Positions 44,913 through 53,991 of a stretch of 64,000 nt of DNA are shown piece after piece. The notes beneath the pieces are model-generated. The model was not told the DNA's origin and did not search any database. It worked only from the letters and a program-made list of their open reading frames with translations. The number at the start of each line of letters is the position of its first letter. The stretch's first letter is position 1. The DNA lies in NCBI GenBank assembly GCA_948442255.1, contig CAOJRT010000003.1, positions 6,315 to 70,314 of the forward strand, given 5' to 3'. Source of the stretch: an uncultured Bacillales bacterium. GTDB lineage: Bacteria > Bacillota_I > Bacilli_A > RF39 > UBA660. The translations under genes and the position numbers were made by a program.

Positions 44913-47513
44913 ATGAAATTCCGTATATCTTCACGAGACTTAATCATTTTACTTGCGTTTGCAGCTATTTTGCTTTATTTATGTGCTATTGCTACAACAA
45001 ATATTCATTATTTTAGTTTAAATGGTTCTTTTTATGGGTTAAATCCAATTCCTGGTTTTACGAAGTTTTTGGGAGCTACTTTGCTTCTATTTGCTGTTAT
45101 GTTAGCTATCATTATAACAAGTGTTTCTTCTAAAGTTTTTGAACAAAAAAAAGGTTTTGGACTTGAAATTGGTGAAAAAGAAAATAAAGGGTATTCTAGA
45201 TGGGCGAAAGATAAAGAAATTAAAACTGATTCTGATATAGAGGAAGTAGATCCTTTGCAAGCCGATTCTTCCTATGCAGGTATTCCTTTAGTAAATGATG
45301 GAAAAAAACTATGGGTAGATAATGGTTATTATCATAATCTGGTTATTGGTGCAACTGGTTCAGGAAAATCACAAACTATTGTTGAACCGATGGTAGAACT
45401 ATTAGCTAAAAAAGGCGAAAGTATGATTATTACGGATCCTAAAGGGGAGCTTTATACTGCAGCAGGGGAGTATTTAAAACAAAGAGGATATAACATTATT
45501 GTTTTAAATTTTCGTGATCCACAAAATGGAAATGCATGGAATCCTTTAACGTTACCTCATCAATATTATAAAGATGGTAATGTAGATAAAGCGACTGAGT
45601 TAATAGATGACGTAGCGTTAAATATTTTGTATGATCCAAATAATAAAGGTGAACCCTTTTGGGAAAAATCGTCAGCCGATTATTTCTCTGGTTTAACATT
45701 GGGGCTTTTTGAAGATGCCAAAGAAGATGAAATCAATTTGAACTCGGTTAACTTTATGAGTACAATGGGAGAAGAAAAGTTTGCTGCTAGTGATTATATA
45801 AGAGAATATTTTAAAATGAAGGGTGAATCTTCTAATGCTTATGTATTTGCTTCTAGTACGATTAATGCTCCTGTTGATACCAAGGGCGGTATTTTATCCG
45901 TATTTAGACAAAAAATAAGATTGTTTTCTACTCGTGAGAATTTATCTGAAATGCTTTCTTATAGTGATTTCGATATGCGTGAGATTGGAAGAGAAAAAAC
46001 AGCTGTATTTATTGTCATTCATGATGAAAAAACAACTTATCATAGTTTGGCTACTATATTTATTAAGCAATGTTATGAAACTTTAATTGACATTGCACAA
46101 AAAAATGGTGGAAAATTACCTTTTAGAACGAACTTTATTTTAGATGAGTTCGCTAATATGCCTCCATTAAAAGATGTAACGACGATGGTTACAGCGGCCC
46201 GTTCTCGTGATATGCGATTTACTTTTATTATTCAAAACTTTGCTCAGTTGAAGCAAGTGTATGGAAATGATAATGCGGAAACAATTAAAGGTAACTGTGG
46301 TAATTTAGTATATTTGATTAGTACAGAACTTGCAGCTTTAGAAGAAATTAGTAAAATGTGTGGAGAAGTAAAATCAGATGAAAAAGATAAGACGGCTTCT
46401 ACACCTTTAGTGACAGTTACCGACTTACAAAAATTAAAATTGTTTGAAGCTATTATTATCAGATGGCGTAAACCACCATTTAAAACAAAATATACTCCTA
46501 ATTTTAAAATGGATTGGGGACACGAACATGTTGAAGCAAGTTTTCCATTACGTGATAAAAAGGCAGTTAAATTATTTGACATTAAAAGCTTTGTTAAAGA
46601 GAAGAAAAGACAAAATATGCTTAATTCTTTAGAGAACGGGGGAAGTGATTTGAAAGATCCGTTTGCTCCAAAAGATCCATTTTCTTCGAAAAATCCATTT
46701 GCTCCAAAAGATCCATTTGCTTCTCAAAGTTCATTTGGTGGCACTTCTCCATCTGGGAATTCTGGTTTATTTGGAGGCCTAGGCGGAGGGCTTGATTTAG
46801 ATGCAATGATGAAGGACATTGACCGTAAAATAGCTGAGCTTGATGCAGAAGAAGCAAGACAAAAAGAGGAAATGGAAAGAAAGAAAAAAGAAGCTTTAAC
46901 AGAAAAGGTTCCTTCTTCTATAAAAGAGGTAAATCCAGTTTCCAAAGGTGCTCTTCCATTAGAAAAAGAAGCTGTGCCAGTTCTTCCTGCACTGGATGAT
47001 TTGCCTTTCAAAAAAGAGAAAGAAACGCAAGAAAGAAAAGAACAACTCAATATATATGACACAATTTCAACATCTGTTTCATCTCCTAATTTAACCGATT
47101 TGAAACAAGGAGAAATATCTATGGGTCATGAAAAAGCTAATATTGCTGTTGCTACTAGTAGTCCTGTAGATGATAATGAGTTTGAATTTGAAAATTTACC
47201 AAAAGTAGAGAATGCTTCTATTATTCAACCTAATTATATCAGTGGAACTACAATAAAACCAAATGATACACCAGACTTTAATATATATAATACTGTGCCA
47301 AATTTGATGGATAAAGTTAAAGAAGAAAAAGAGCCTGTTTCTTCTAATGCCATTTCTGTTTCTGATGAGGAAATTGCTCATATTTCTAAAAAATTAGAGA
47401 CTCCTGTAGCGGAAGAAAAAGCCAATGTTAAGATTGACCCTGATAAGGTCGTTATTGACCATAATGTTATATCAGATGATGAATTTTTTGATGATTTCTT
47501 TGGAGATGACTAA
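44913..47513 (+). CDS. VirD4/TraG-family type IV coupling protein with ~300-aa C-terminal extension
   Basis: Two N-terminal TM helices, Walker A GATGSGKSQ, TDPKGELY, Walker B FILDEFANM. Long low-complexity tail ending DDEFFDDFFGDD. Confidence 0.85.
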   Translation: MKFRISSRDLIILLAFAAILLYLCAIATTNIHYFSLNGSFYGLNPIPGFTKFLGATLLLFAVMLAIIITSVSSKVFEQKKGFGLEIGEKENKGYSRWAKDKEIKTDSDIEEVDPLQADSSYAGIPLVNDGKKLWVDNGYYHNLVIGATGSGKSQTIVEPMVELLAKKGESMIITDPKGELYTAAGEYLKQRGYNIIVLNFRDPQNGNAWNPLTLPHQYYKDGNVDKATELIDDVALNILYDPNNKGEPFWEKSSADYFSGLTLGLFEDAKEDEINLNSVNFMSTMGEEKFAASDYIREYFKMKGESSNAYVFASSTINAPVDTKGGILSVFRQKIRLFSTRENLSEMLSYSDFDMREIGREKTAVFIVIHDEKTTYHSLATIFIKQCYETLIDIAQKNGGKLPFRTNFILDEFANMPPLKDVTTMVTAARSRDMRFTFIIQNFAQLKQVYGNDNAETIKGNCGNLVYLISTELAALEEISKMCGEVKSDEKDKTASTPLVTVTDLQKLKLFEAIIIRWRKPPFKTKYTPNFKMDWGHEHVEASFPLRDKKAVKLFDIKSFVKEKKRQNMLNSLENGGSDLKDPFAPKDPFSSKNPFAPKDPFASQSSFGGTSPSGNSGLFGGLGGGLDLDAMMKDIDRKIAELDAEEARQKEEMERKKKEALTEKVPSSIKEVNPVSKGALPLEKEAVPVLPALDDLPFKKEKETQERKEQLNIYDTISTSVSSPNLTDLKQGEISMGHEKANIAVATSSPVDDNEFEFENLPKVENASIIQPNYISGTTIKPNDTPDFNIYNTVPNLMDKVKEEKEPVSSNAISVSDEEIAHISKKLETPVAEEKANVKIDPDKVVIDHNVISDDEFFDDFFGDD
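46653..46742 (+). repeat. five tandem 18-nt repeats encoding K(D/N)PF(A/S)(P/S) hexapeptides
   Basis: AAAGATCCGTTTGCTCCA / AAAGATCCATTTTCTTCG / AAAAATCCATTTGCTCCA / AAAGATCCATTTGCTTCT / CAAAGTTCATTTGGTGGC, in frame within the coupling-protein tail. Confidence 0.85.
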
Positions 47514-47537
47514 TGCATTATGTCATCTTTTTTTTTG
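47504..47537 (+). terminator. rho-independent terminator closing the locus
   Basis: AGATGACTAATG/CATTATGTCATCT near-perfect hairpin overlapping the stop codon, followed by T9. Confidence 0.75.
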
Positions 47538-47562
47538 GTCATATATTATAGTGGTGAGATAT

Positions 47563-47811
47563 ATGAAAAAGATTTTATTAAAAGATTATAAGGAAGAAAT
47601 GGGCGAATTTATTGATGTTAATTATAATGATAGTCAAGTGATAGAACATGCTATTCATATTCCTTATGAGAGATTATTAATTAACCATAAAGAATTGTTA
47701 GATAAAAATAAGAAGTATTTTATTTATTGTAATGGAGGAATTAAATCAAGAAAAGCAGTGAATATTTTAGAATTTTATGGTTATGATGTTACCTTAGTTT
47801 ATCAAGAGTAA
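47563..47811 (+). CDS. single-domain rhodanese-like protein
   Basis: 82 aa. The loop YFIYCNGGIKSRKA resembles the rhodanese active-site Cys loop. ATG at 47563 follows GTGGTGAG. Confidence 0.7.
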   Translation: MKKILLKDYKEEMGEFIDVNYNDSQVIEHAIHIPYERLLINHKELLDKNKKYFIYCNGGIKSRKAVNILEFYGYDVTLVYQE

Positions 47812-47887
47812 AAGTGTAATTTTCTTTACAGATTTCTTTTCTGTATGATTGAGTTTTGATGTAACTTACACTATAATAAGATTAGTG

Positions 47888-48484
47888 ATGTTTATGGAGT
47901 ATTTAAGAGATATGCAGGTATGGCTTGAAAATTTTTTGTTAAGTGCGGGTATTTGGGCGCCACTACTCAGTTCGCTTTTTGTTTTCTTGGAAGGAATATT
48001 TGCTTTTTTACCTTTGTTTGTCTTTGTTACAATTAATGTCCTTACAATGGGACCTCTTTTTGGGGGAATTGTTTCTTGGATTTTAACAACTTTGGGTTGT
48101 TTTTGTACTTGCTTGTTATGCCGTAAGGGACTTTCTAAATTATTTGAAAAATTTACTAAAAATAGACAAGGAATTAAGAAAATTATGAAGAAGATTAATT
48201 CCTTACGCTTTAATCAGTTAATTCTAATTATAGCAATCCCTTTTGCCCCTTCTTTTTTTATTAATGTAGCTGCAGGTTTGTCTAAAATTCCTTTGAAGAA
48301 ATATTTTTATGCTTTATTAGTGGGCAAAATTGTTTCTATTTCCTATTTGGTCTATATTGGAGTTAATGTATATGAATGTTTAACAAATCCAATTGTGTTA
48401 GTAAAAGTTATTTTATTGCTATTAGGAGCTTGGTTAGTTGGACAATTAGTAAGTAAGAAATTCAATATGGATGAGAGGTTTTAG
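47888..48484 (+). CDS. TVP38/TMEM64 (DedA-related) family membrane protein
   Basis: Polytopic. PFAPSFFINVAAGLSKIPLKKYFYALLVGKI motif. Start uncertain (47888, 47894 or 47912). Confidence 0.6.
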   Translation: MFMEYLRDMQVWLENFLLSAGIWAPLLSSLFVFLEGIFAFLPLFVFVTINVLTMGPLFGGIVSWILTTLGCFCTCLLCRKGLSKLFEKFTKNRQGIKKIMKKINSLRFNQLILIIAIPFAPSFFINVAAGLSKIPLKKYFYALLVGKIVSISYLVYIGVNVYECLTNPIVLVKVILLLLGAWLVGQLVSKKFNMDERF

Positions 48485-48486
48485 TT

Positions 48487-49557
48487 ATGGAATATGTTAT
48501 TTTAATTTTATTGATTGGACTTATTTTACTTGCTGTTTTAAATTTAGTAAAAAAGAATGATGACAAAGATTTGGTAGAGAGATTGGGAAAACTGGAAAAA
48601 AATGTAAGTACTGATTTGGGAGATTTTAAGTTTGCTATTCAAAAAAATTTAGTGGATAATTTTGATAAGCTTAATGAAAAAGTAGAAGGAAAATTAACAC
48701 AAATTAATGACAAGGTCAATGAGAGAATTGACCAGAATTTTGAAAAGACGAATAAAACTTTTAATAATATTTTAGAGCGTTTGACGAAGATAGATGAGGC
48801 ACAAAAAAAGATTGATAGTCTTTCTTCAGAAATCGTTAGCCTACAAAGTGTTCTAACGGATAAAAAGACAAGAGGTATCTTTGGGGAGGTTAATTTAAAT
48901 TATATATTAACGAGTGTTTTTGGAGATAAAAGAGGTGTTATTTATGATATACAGCATACAATGAGTAATGGAAGTATTGCTGACTCTATTTTGTATGCTC
49001 CTGAACCCTTAGGAACCATTTGTATTGATAGTAAATTTCCTTTAGAAAATTATGAAAGGATGACGAATAGAAATTTATCTATGGCAGAAAGAGATATGGC
49101 TACTAAGCTTTTTAAAGCAGATGTTAAAAAACATATTGATGCCATTGCAAGTAAATATATTATTCCAGGGGAGACGTCTGATGAAGCGATTCTTTTCTTG
49201 CCAGCAGAAGCTATTTTTGCAGAAATTAATGCATATCATCCAGAGTTACTTACCTATTCATATGATAAAAAAGTATGGATTACGAGTCCTACTACATTAA
49301 TGAGTACTTTAACCATTATTCAGATGATATTGAAGAATATAGAAAGAGATAAATATGCACAAGTTATTCATGTGGAATTAAACCGTTTAAGTAAAGAATT
49401 TGTGAAATATAGAGAAAGATGGGATAAGCTTTCTAGAAACATTGATACAGTTACTAAAGATATCAAAGATATTTATATTACAACTGAAAAGATAACAAAA
49501 AGATTTGATTCTATTAATAGTGTAGATGTTGGAGTAATTGAGCATATTGAAGAATAA
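48487..49557 (+). CDS. rmuC: DNA recombination protein RmuC
   Basis: N-terminal TM helix, long coiled coil, then the RmuC core (TRGIFGEVNLNYIL ... FPLENY ... LFLPAEAIF). Confidence 0.8.
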   Translation: MEYVILILLIGLILLAVLNLVKKNDDKDLVERLGKLEKNVSTDLGDFKFAIQKNLVDNFDKLNEKVEGKLTQINDKVNERIDQNFEKTNKTFNNILERLTKIDEAQKKIDSLSSEIVSLQSVLTDKKTRGIFGEVNLNYILTSVFGDKRGVIYDIQHTMSNGSIADSILYAPEPLGTICIDSKFPLENYERMTNRNLSMAERDMATKLFKADVKKHIDAIASKYIIPGETSDEAILFLPAEAIFAEINAYHPELLTYSYDKKVWITSPTTLMSTLTIIQMILKNIERDKYAQVIHVELNRLSKEFVKYRERWDKLSRNIDTVTKDIKDIYITTEKITKRFDSINSVDVGVIEHIEE

Positions 49558-49588
49558 ATAAAAAAGTTTGGATTGTTTCCAAACTTTT

Positions 49589-50401
49589 TTATCTAAACCA
49601 AATAAATATAAATAGCGATACGAGTATGCAATAAATGGAGAAATACCATAACTTTCCTTTTTTAACAATCTCAGATAACCATTTATATGAAAAGTAAGTT
49701 ACAATAGCAGCAGCAATTAAACCTAAAGTGTACGGAAGAAGAATCGTATTTAGAGTCCCGCTTGTGAAAATATCTTTTACACCTAGCAGCATAGAAGCGC
49801 AACTAACTGGAAAATATAGCATGAACGTGTATTTTAAAGAAGAATCTCTATTTAATTTACAAAGCAGACATCCTACTAAAACAGTGCCACTCCTAGATAC
49901 GCCAGGGAGAAGTGCGATAACCTGCATTAAACCAATAATGATAGCATCTAAATAGGTAATATCACTATCTTTTTTTGTTCCTTTTATATTTCTTACTAAG
50001 AACAACATAAGTGCAGTAAAGAGTAGGGCACAAGCCACTTCTTTTACAGAAATCCATGATTCAATGATATCTTTTAATAGGATACCAGCAATTCCAACGG
50101 GAACGGAACCTACTAGAACTAGTAAACAATATTTAAAATTCTTTTTGTGTTTGTCTTTCTTATCTTTTTTTTCAAAAAAGTAAGCGAAGAAAGAATAGAG
50201 TAGTTCTTTAATGTCCTTCCAAAAGATTAAAAAAATAGCTAGAAAAGAACCGAAGTTTACTATAATTTCAAAATTCGCATCATTAAACATGTTCGTATTA
50301 AATAATTCTTTAAATAAAAAAACATGTCCACTAGAAGATATAGGAAGAGGTTCTGTTATACCTTGAATAATTCCTAATATTATATATTTTATTATGTTCA
50401 T
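49589..50401 (-). CDS. uppP: undecaprenyl-diphosphate phosphatase
   Basis: GITEPLPISSSGH and PGVSRSG motifs, 8 TM helices. ATG at 50401 follows GGTGA; an alternative ATG is at 50413. Confidence 0.9.
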   Translation of the reverse strand: MNIIKYIILGIIQGITEPLPISSSGHVFLFKELFNTNMFNDANFEIIVNFGSFLAIFLIFWKDIKELLYSFFAYFFEKKDKKDKHKKNFKYCLLVLVGSVPVGIAGILLKDIIESWISVKEVACALLFTALMLFLVRNIKGTKKDSDITYLDAIIIGLMQVIALLPGVSRSGTVLVGCLLCKLNRDSSLKYTFMLYFPVSCASMLLGVKDIFTSGTLNTILLPYTLGLIAAAIVTYFSYKWLSEIVKKGKLWYFSIYCILVSLFIFIWFR

Positions 50402-50457
50402 TTTTATCACCATTCTAATTATATACTATTTTTGCTGTTTTAGAAATAGAATAATGT

Positions 50458-50649
50458 ATGAATAAAATTTTATTATTGTTATTAGGAATTTTTTTGTGTA
50501 GTATTGGTTTTTCTTTTTGTATTATTTATTTGAATTTATTTGTTATTGGATATTCTTTTTTTGACTATGTCTTTTATTTGTTTAAAAATTTAGATATCTT
50601 TTATTTAGCTATAGGAGGTCTATGTATTTATAAAGCAAGAAAAAGATAG
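50458..50649 (+). CDS. small hydrophobic protein (63 aa)
   Basis: ORF with two predicted TM helices. No further support. Confidence 0.35.
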   Translation: MNKILLLLLGIFLCSIGFSFCIIYLNLFVIGYSFFDYVFYLFKNLDIFYLAIGGLCIYKARKR

Positions 50650-50657
50650 GTTATTTT

Positions 50658-51662
50658 TTAATAATCTATCTTCATCGCTTCTTTGACTTTTTTCATTTGC
50701 ATACGTGCTTTTTCTTTTGCTTTTTCTGTTCCTTTTTTTAAAATTTCTTCAATTAATTCTGGATTTTCTTCATATTTTTTTCTTCTTTCTTGAATCGGTT
50801 TTAAAAATTCGTTCATATGTGTAATCAGTTCTTTTTTACATGCAACACAGCCACGTGCTCCCTTTTTACATTCTTCACATACTAGTCGGCAGTTTTCTTC
50901 ACTATTTACTAAGTTATGGTAGTAATAAACCATACATTTTTCAGGATTAGCTGGATCATCTTTTTTTATTTTTTCAGGGTCAGTAACTGCTCCCATGATT
51001 TTTTTTGTGACAGTTTCTTCCTCATCAATTAAATAAATGGCATTTCCTAAACTTTTGCCCATTTTTTCATTCCCATCTAGTCCTTTTATACGGGTTGTTT
51101 TTGATAAATAAGGCGTAGGTTCTTTTAAAGTTACCCCATAAATTGCATTGAATTTTCTAACAATTTCACGGCATTGTTCTAGTAGAGGAAGTTGGTCATC
51201 GCCTACAGGAACAAGCTCTCCGTCAAAAGCGGTGATATCAGCAGCTTGGGAGACAGGGTATCCTAAGAAACCATAGGTTATGGATTCTCCTTTTTCGCCA
51301 AAAAGTTCTTTTTTTTGTGCAATTTCTGCTTTAACAGTAGGATTCCTTTGTAAGCGAGAAACTGTAACTAAGTTAGAATAAAAAACTGTCAATTCTGCAA
51401 TTTCAGGAATTTGAGATTGGATAAAAAAGTTTACTTTTTCTGGGTTTAAACCAATGGCTAATAAATCAGCAGTAATCTCTTTGACATTTTTTCTTACTTT
51501 TTCTGGATTGTTAAAGTTATCGGTTAGAGCTTGTACATCTGCAATCTCTAGATAAAATTGGTAGTCATCTTGTAATTTGATGTAATTCTGACCAGCACCA
51601 AAAAAGTGCCCTAAATGAAGATTTCCTGTAGGACGAAGTCCTGTTAAAATTGTTTTTTTCAT
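50658..51662 (-). CDS. trpS: tryptophanyl-tRNA synthetase (with Cys-cluster insertion)
   Basis: HIGH-type NLHLGHF, KMSKS-type KMGKS, and a six-Cys cluster at aa 243-275. Confidence 0.95.
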   Translation of the reverse strand: MKKTILTGLRPTGNLHLGHFFGAGQNYIKLQDDYQFYLEIADVQALTDNFNNPEKVRKNVKEITADLLAIGLNPEKVNFFIQSQIPEIAELTVFYSNLVTVSRLQRNPTVKAEIAQKKELFGEKGESITYGFLGYPVSQAADITAFDGELVPVGDDQLPLLEQCREIVRKFNAIYGVTLKEPTPYLSKTTRIKGLDGNEKMGKSLGNAIYLIDEEETVTKKIMGAVTDPEKIKKDDPANPEKCMVYYYHNLVNSEENCRLVCEECKKGARGCVACKKELITHMNEFLKPIQERRKKYEENPELIEEILKKGTEKAKEKARMQMKKVKEAMKIDY

Positions 51663-51743
51663 AAATTCACATCCTTTTTTAATTTTAACATACTCTGTAT
51701 AAAAAGAAAAATAGAAACCATACTATTTTTAGGAGGAATTTCT

Positions 51744-52292
51744 ATGAAAAAAATATTTATTGGACTGGTAGGTTTGTTTTTTCTTTTCTTCGTTCTAGGT
51801 TGTGGTCGTACTTTAAACGCTAGAGAAGTTGTTGATAATTATTTGAATATGTACATTACTTTAGATAGTCGTGTGGTAAGTCAGTTAGATGAGTTAGCAA
51901 GTAAAGAATATGATGCTGTAGGTTTAAAAGACCTTTATATGGACATCATGAAGAGTCAGTATACGACTATGCACTATCAAATTGTAGGAGAGCGATATGA
52001 TGGTGATAACGCTTATATAACAACAAGAGTAACAGTACGCGATCTTTATAAAGTACAAAGAGATGCTAATTCTTATTTAAATAATCATTCTGATGAATTT
52101 CATAAAACGGATGGAACTTATGATGAAGAGAAATTCTTACGTTATAAGCTAGAAGAAATGGATAAGACAGTCGATACTACTATTTATGATATTGAATTTA
52201 AATTATTAAAAACAGATGATACATGGGAAGTATTACAATTATCAAATCAAGATTTAGAAAAAATTCATGGTGTTTATAATTATGAAGCATAA
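51744..52292 (+). CDS. lipoprotein, function unknown
   Basis: LFFLFFVLGCG lipobox signal. Confidence 0.65.
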   Translation: MKKIFIGLVGLFFLFFVLGCGRTLNAREVVDNYLNMYITLDSRVVSQLDELASKEYDAVGLKDLYMDIMKSQYTTMHYQIVGERYDGDNAYITTRVTVRDLYKVQRDANSYLNNHSDEFHKTDGTYDEEKFLRYKLEEMDKTVDTTIYDIEFKLLKTDDTWEVLQLSNQDLEKIHGVYNYEA

Positions 52293-52362
52293 AAAATAGA
52301 AGAAATTCTTATTTAGAGGACTTAAATAGTCCTTTTTTTCATATGTTAATTTAGGTGGTTGT

Positions 52363-53415
52363 GTGAAAAAAATATTTCTTTTTTTACTTTTATTATTTCC
52401 TTTTTCAACAAAAGCGATTTCTGCAAATTCTTATATTGTCATGGATCAAGATAGTGGAAGAGTTTTAGAAGGAAGTCAAATAGAAAAGGAGAGCTTGATT
52501 GCTAGTATTAGTAAGATAATGACCTGTATAGTTGCTTTAGAATATGGTGATATTGAAAGTACAGTATCGGTTGACAATACGATATTGAAGGCTTATGGGA
52601 GTGGGGTTTATATTCAAGTAGGAGAGGAGCTCACTTTGGATGATTTACTCTATGGTTTGATGCTTCGAAGTGGAAATGATGCGGCCTTAATGATTGCTAA
52701 GCATGTAGCAGGGGATGTTTCTTCTTTTGTCTATCTTATGAATGAAAAAGCTCTTGCAATTGGAATGGAACATACACATTTTGTCAATCCTTCTGGGTTA
52801 GAAGAAAATGATGGGAGTGCAAACACTTCTACGGTTTATGATATGGCATTGTTAACCCGTTATGCGATGCAAAATGAAAACTACAGACGCATAGTGGGGA
52901 CTGAAAATATTACGGTTAAATCAAGTTACAAGACGTATGTGTGGACGAATAAAAATAGATTACTTACTAGTTATTCCCCTTGTACAGGAGGAAAGACTGG
53001 GTTTACCCAAAAAGCTCGACGAACCTTAGTTACTACTGCAAGTCAGGATGATATGTCTATTATCGTTGTTACTTTTAATGATGGAAATGATTTTGCGGAT
53101 CATAAAAGTTTATATGAAAAATATTTTTTTTCTTATAAACGGAAGTTAGTTTTAGATAAAAATGAGGATTATGGTGAACAGGTGTATTTAAAAAGTGATT
53201 ATTATTTATTAAGTAAAGAAGATGATGTTGTGACAACGAAAATAGAAATGGATGAAATAAAAAATCAGGCGGATGGCGAAATTGTAGGAAAGATAAAAGT
53301 CTATTTAAATGGTGAAGAAATCGGTTATCGATATTTGTTTTATGAAAGACCCAGTGTTACAAAGGATAAAAGTTTTCTAAGTAAGTTATTAGATAATGTG
53401 TTATTTTGGAGGTGA
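52363..53415 (+). CDS. dacB: D-alanyl-D-alanine carboxypeptidase (sporulation DacB-like)
   Basis: GTG start after AGGTGG. SISK (SxxK), SGND (SxN) and KTG motifs. Followed by spmA-spmB as in B. subtilis. Confidence 0.8.
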   Translation: MKKIFLFLLLLFPFSTKAISANSYIVMDQDSGRVLEGSQIEKESLIASISKIMTCIVALEYGDIESTVSVDNTILKAYGSGVYIQVGEELTLDDLLYGLMLRSGNDAALMIAKHVAGDVSSFVYLMNEKALAIGMEHTHFVNPSGLEENDGSANTSTVYDMALLTRYAMQNENYRRIVGTENITVKSSYKTYVWTNKNRLLTSYSPCTGGKTGFTQKARRTLVTTASQDDMSIIVVTFNDGNDFADHKSLYEKYFFSYKRKLVLDKNEDYGEQVYLKSDYYLLSKEDDVVTTKIEMDEIKNQADGEIVGKIKVYLNGEEIGYRYLFYERPSVTKDKSFLSKLLDNVLFWR

Positions 53416-53418
53416 AAT

Positions 53419-53991
53419 ATGATTAATAAAATATGGTTTTTCTTAATTGGTTGTGGTCTTATTTATGGTGTATTTAAAGGAATAGATATGGGGAGTGTGT
53501 TTTTAAATAGTGCGGGAGAAGCTTATTCTTTATTAGTAACGATGGTTCCTTTAATTGTTTTATGGTGTGGAATTATGAATATTGCTAGCGAGAGTGGCTT
53601 ATTACATAAGTTTAGCAGTTTATTGCGTCCTTTCTTACGAAAATTAATGCCAAGTGTAAAAAATGATAAAGCTTTGGATTATGTTTCTTCTAATGTGGCG
53701 GCGAATATGCTAGGACTTGGATCAGCTGCAACCCCTTTTGGTTTAAAAGCGATGAAAGAATTGGACAAAGAAAATAAAAATAAAGGCGTTGCTACAGATG
53801 CTATGATTACTTTCTTAGTTTTAAATACAAGTGGTGTAACTATTATTCCCATGACTGTTATTGCTTTACGTATGGCTTACCAGAGTATTAATCCAACTTG
53901 TATAATTATTCCTAGTTTAATTGCGACTTTTATCAGCTCTTTTTCTGGATTACTTATTGATTATTGTATAAGGAGGAAAAATGCTAAATAA
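53419..53991 (+). CDS. spmA: spore maturation protein A (nucleoside-recognition/Gate domain)
   Basis: MINKIWFFLI... polytopic protein with conserved position after dacB. Confidence 0.8.
   Translation: MINKIWFFLIGCGLIYGVFKGIDMGSVFLNSAGEAYSLLVTMVPLIVLWCGIMNIASESGLLHKFSSLLRPFLRKLMPSVKNDKALDYVSSNVAANMLGLGSAATPFGLKAMKELDKENKNKGVATDAMITFLVLNTSGVTIIPMTVIALRMAYQSINPTCIIIPSLIATFISSFSGLLIDYCIRRKNAK

Noticed and set aside
46244-47381. Antisense and alternate-frame ORFs within the coupling-protein tail (46244-46582, 46621-46857, 46724-47062, 47196-47381)
   Set aside because: They are low-complexity artefacts opposite a repetitive coding region. The sense ORF is continuous and motif-supported.
51663-51743. 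Expected a T-box or other leader upstream of trpS
   Set aside because: Only 81 nt are available and there is no GGTGGTACCGCG-like motif.
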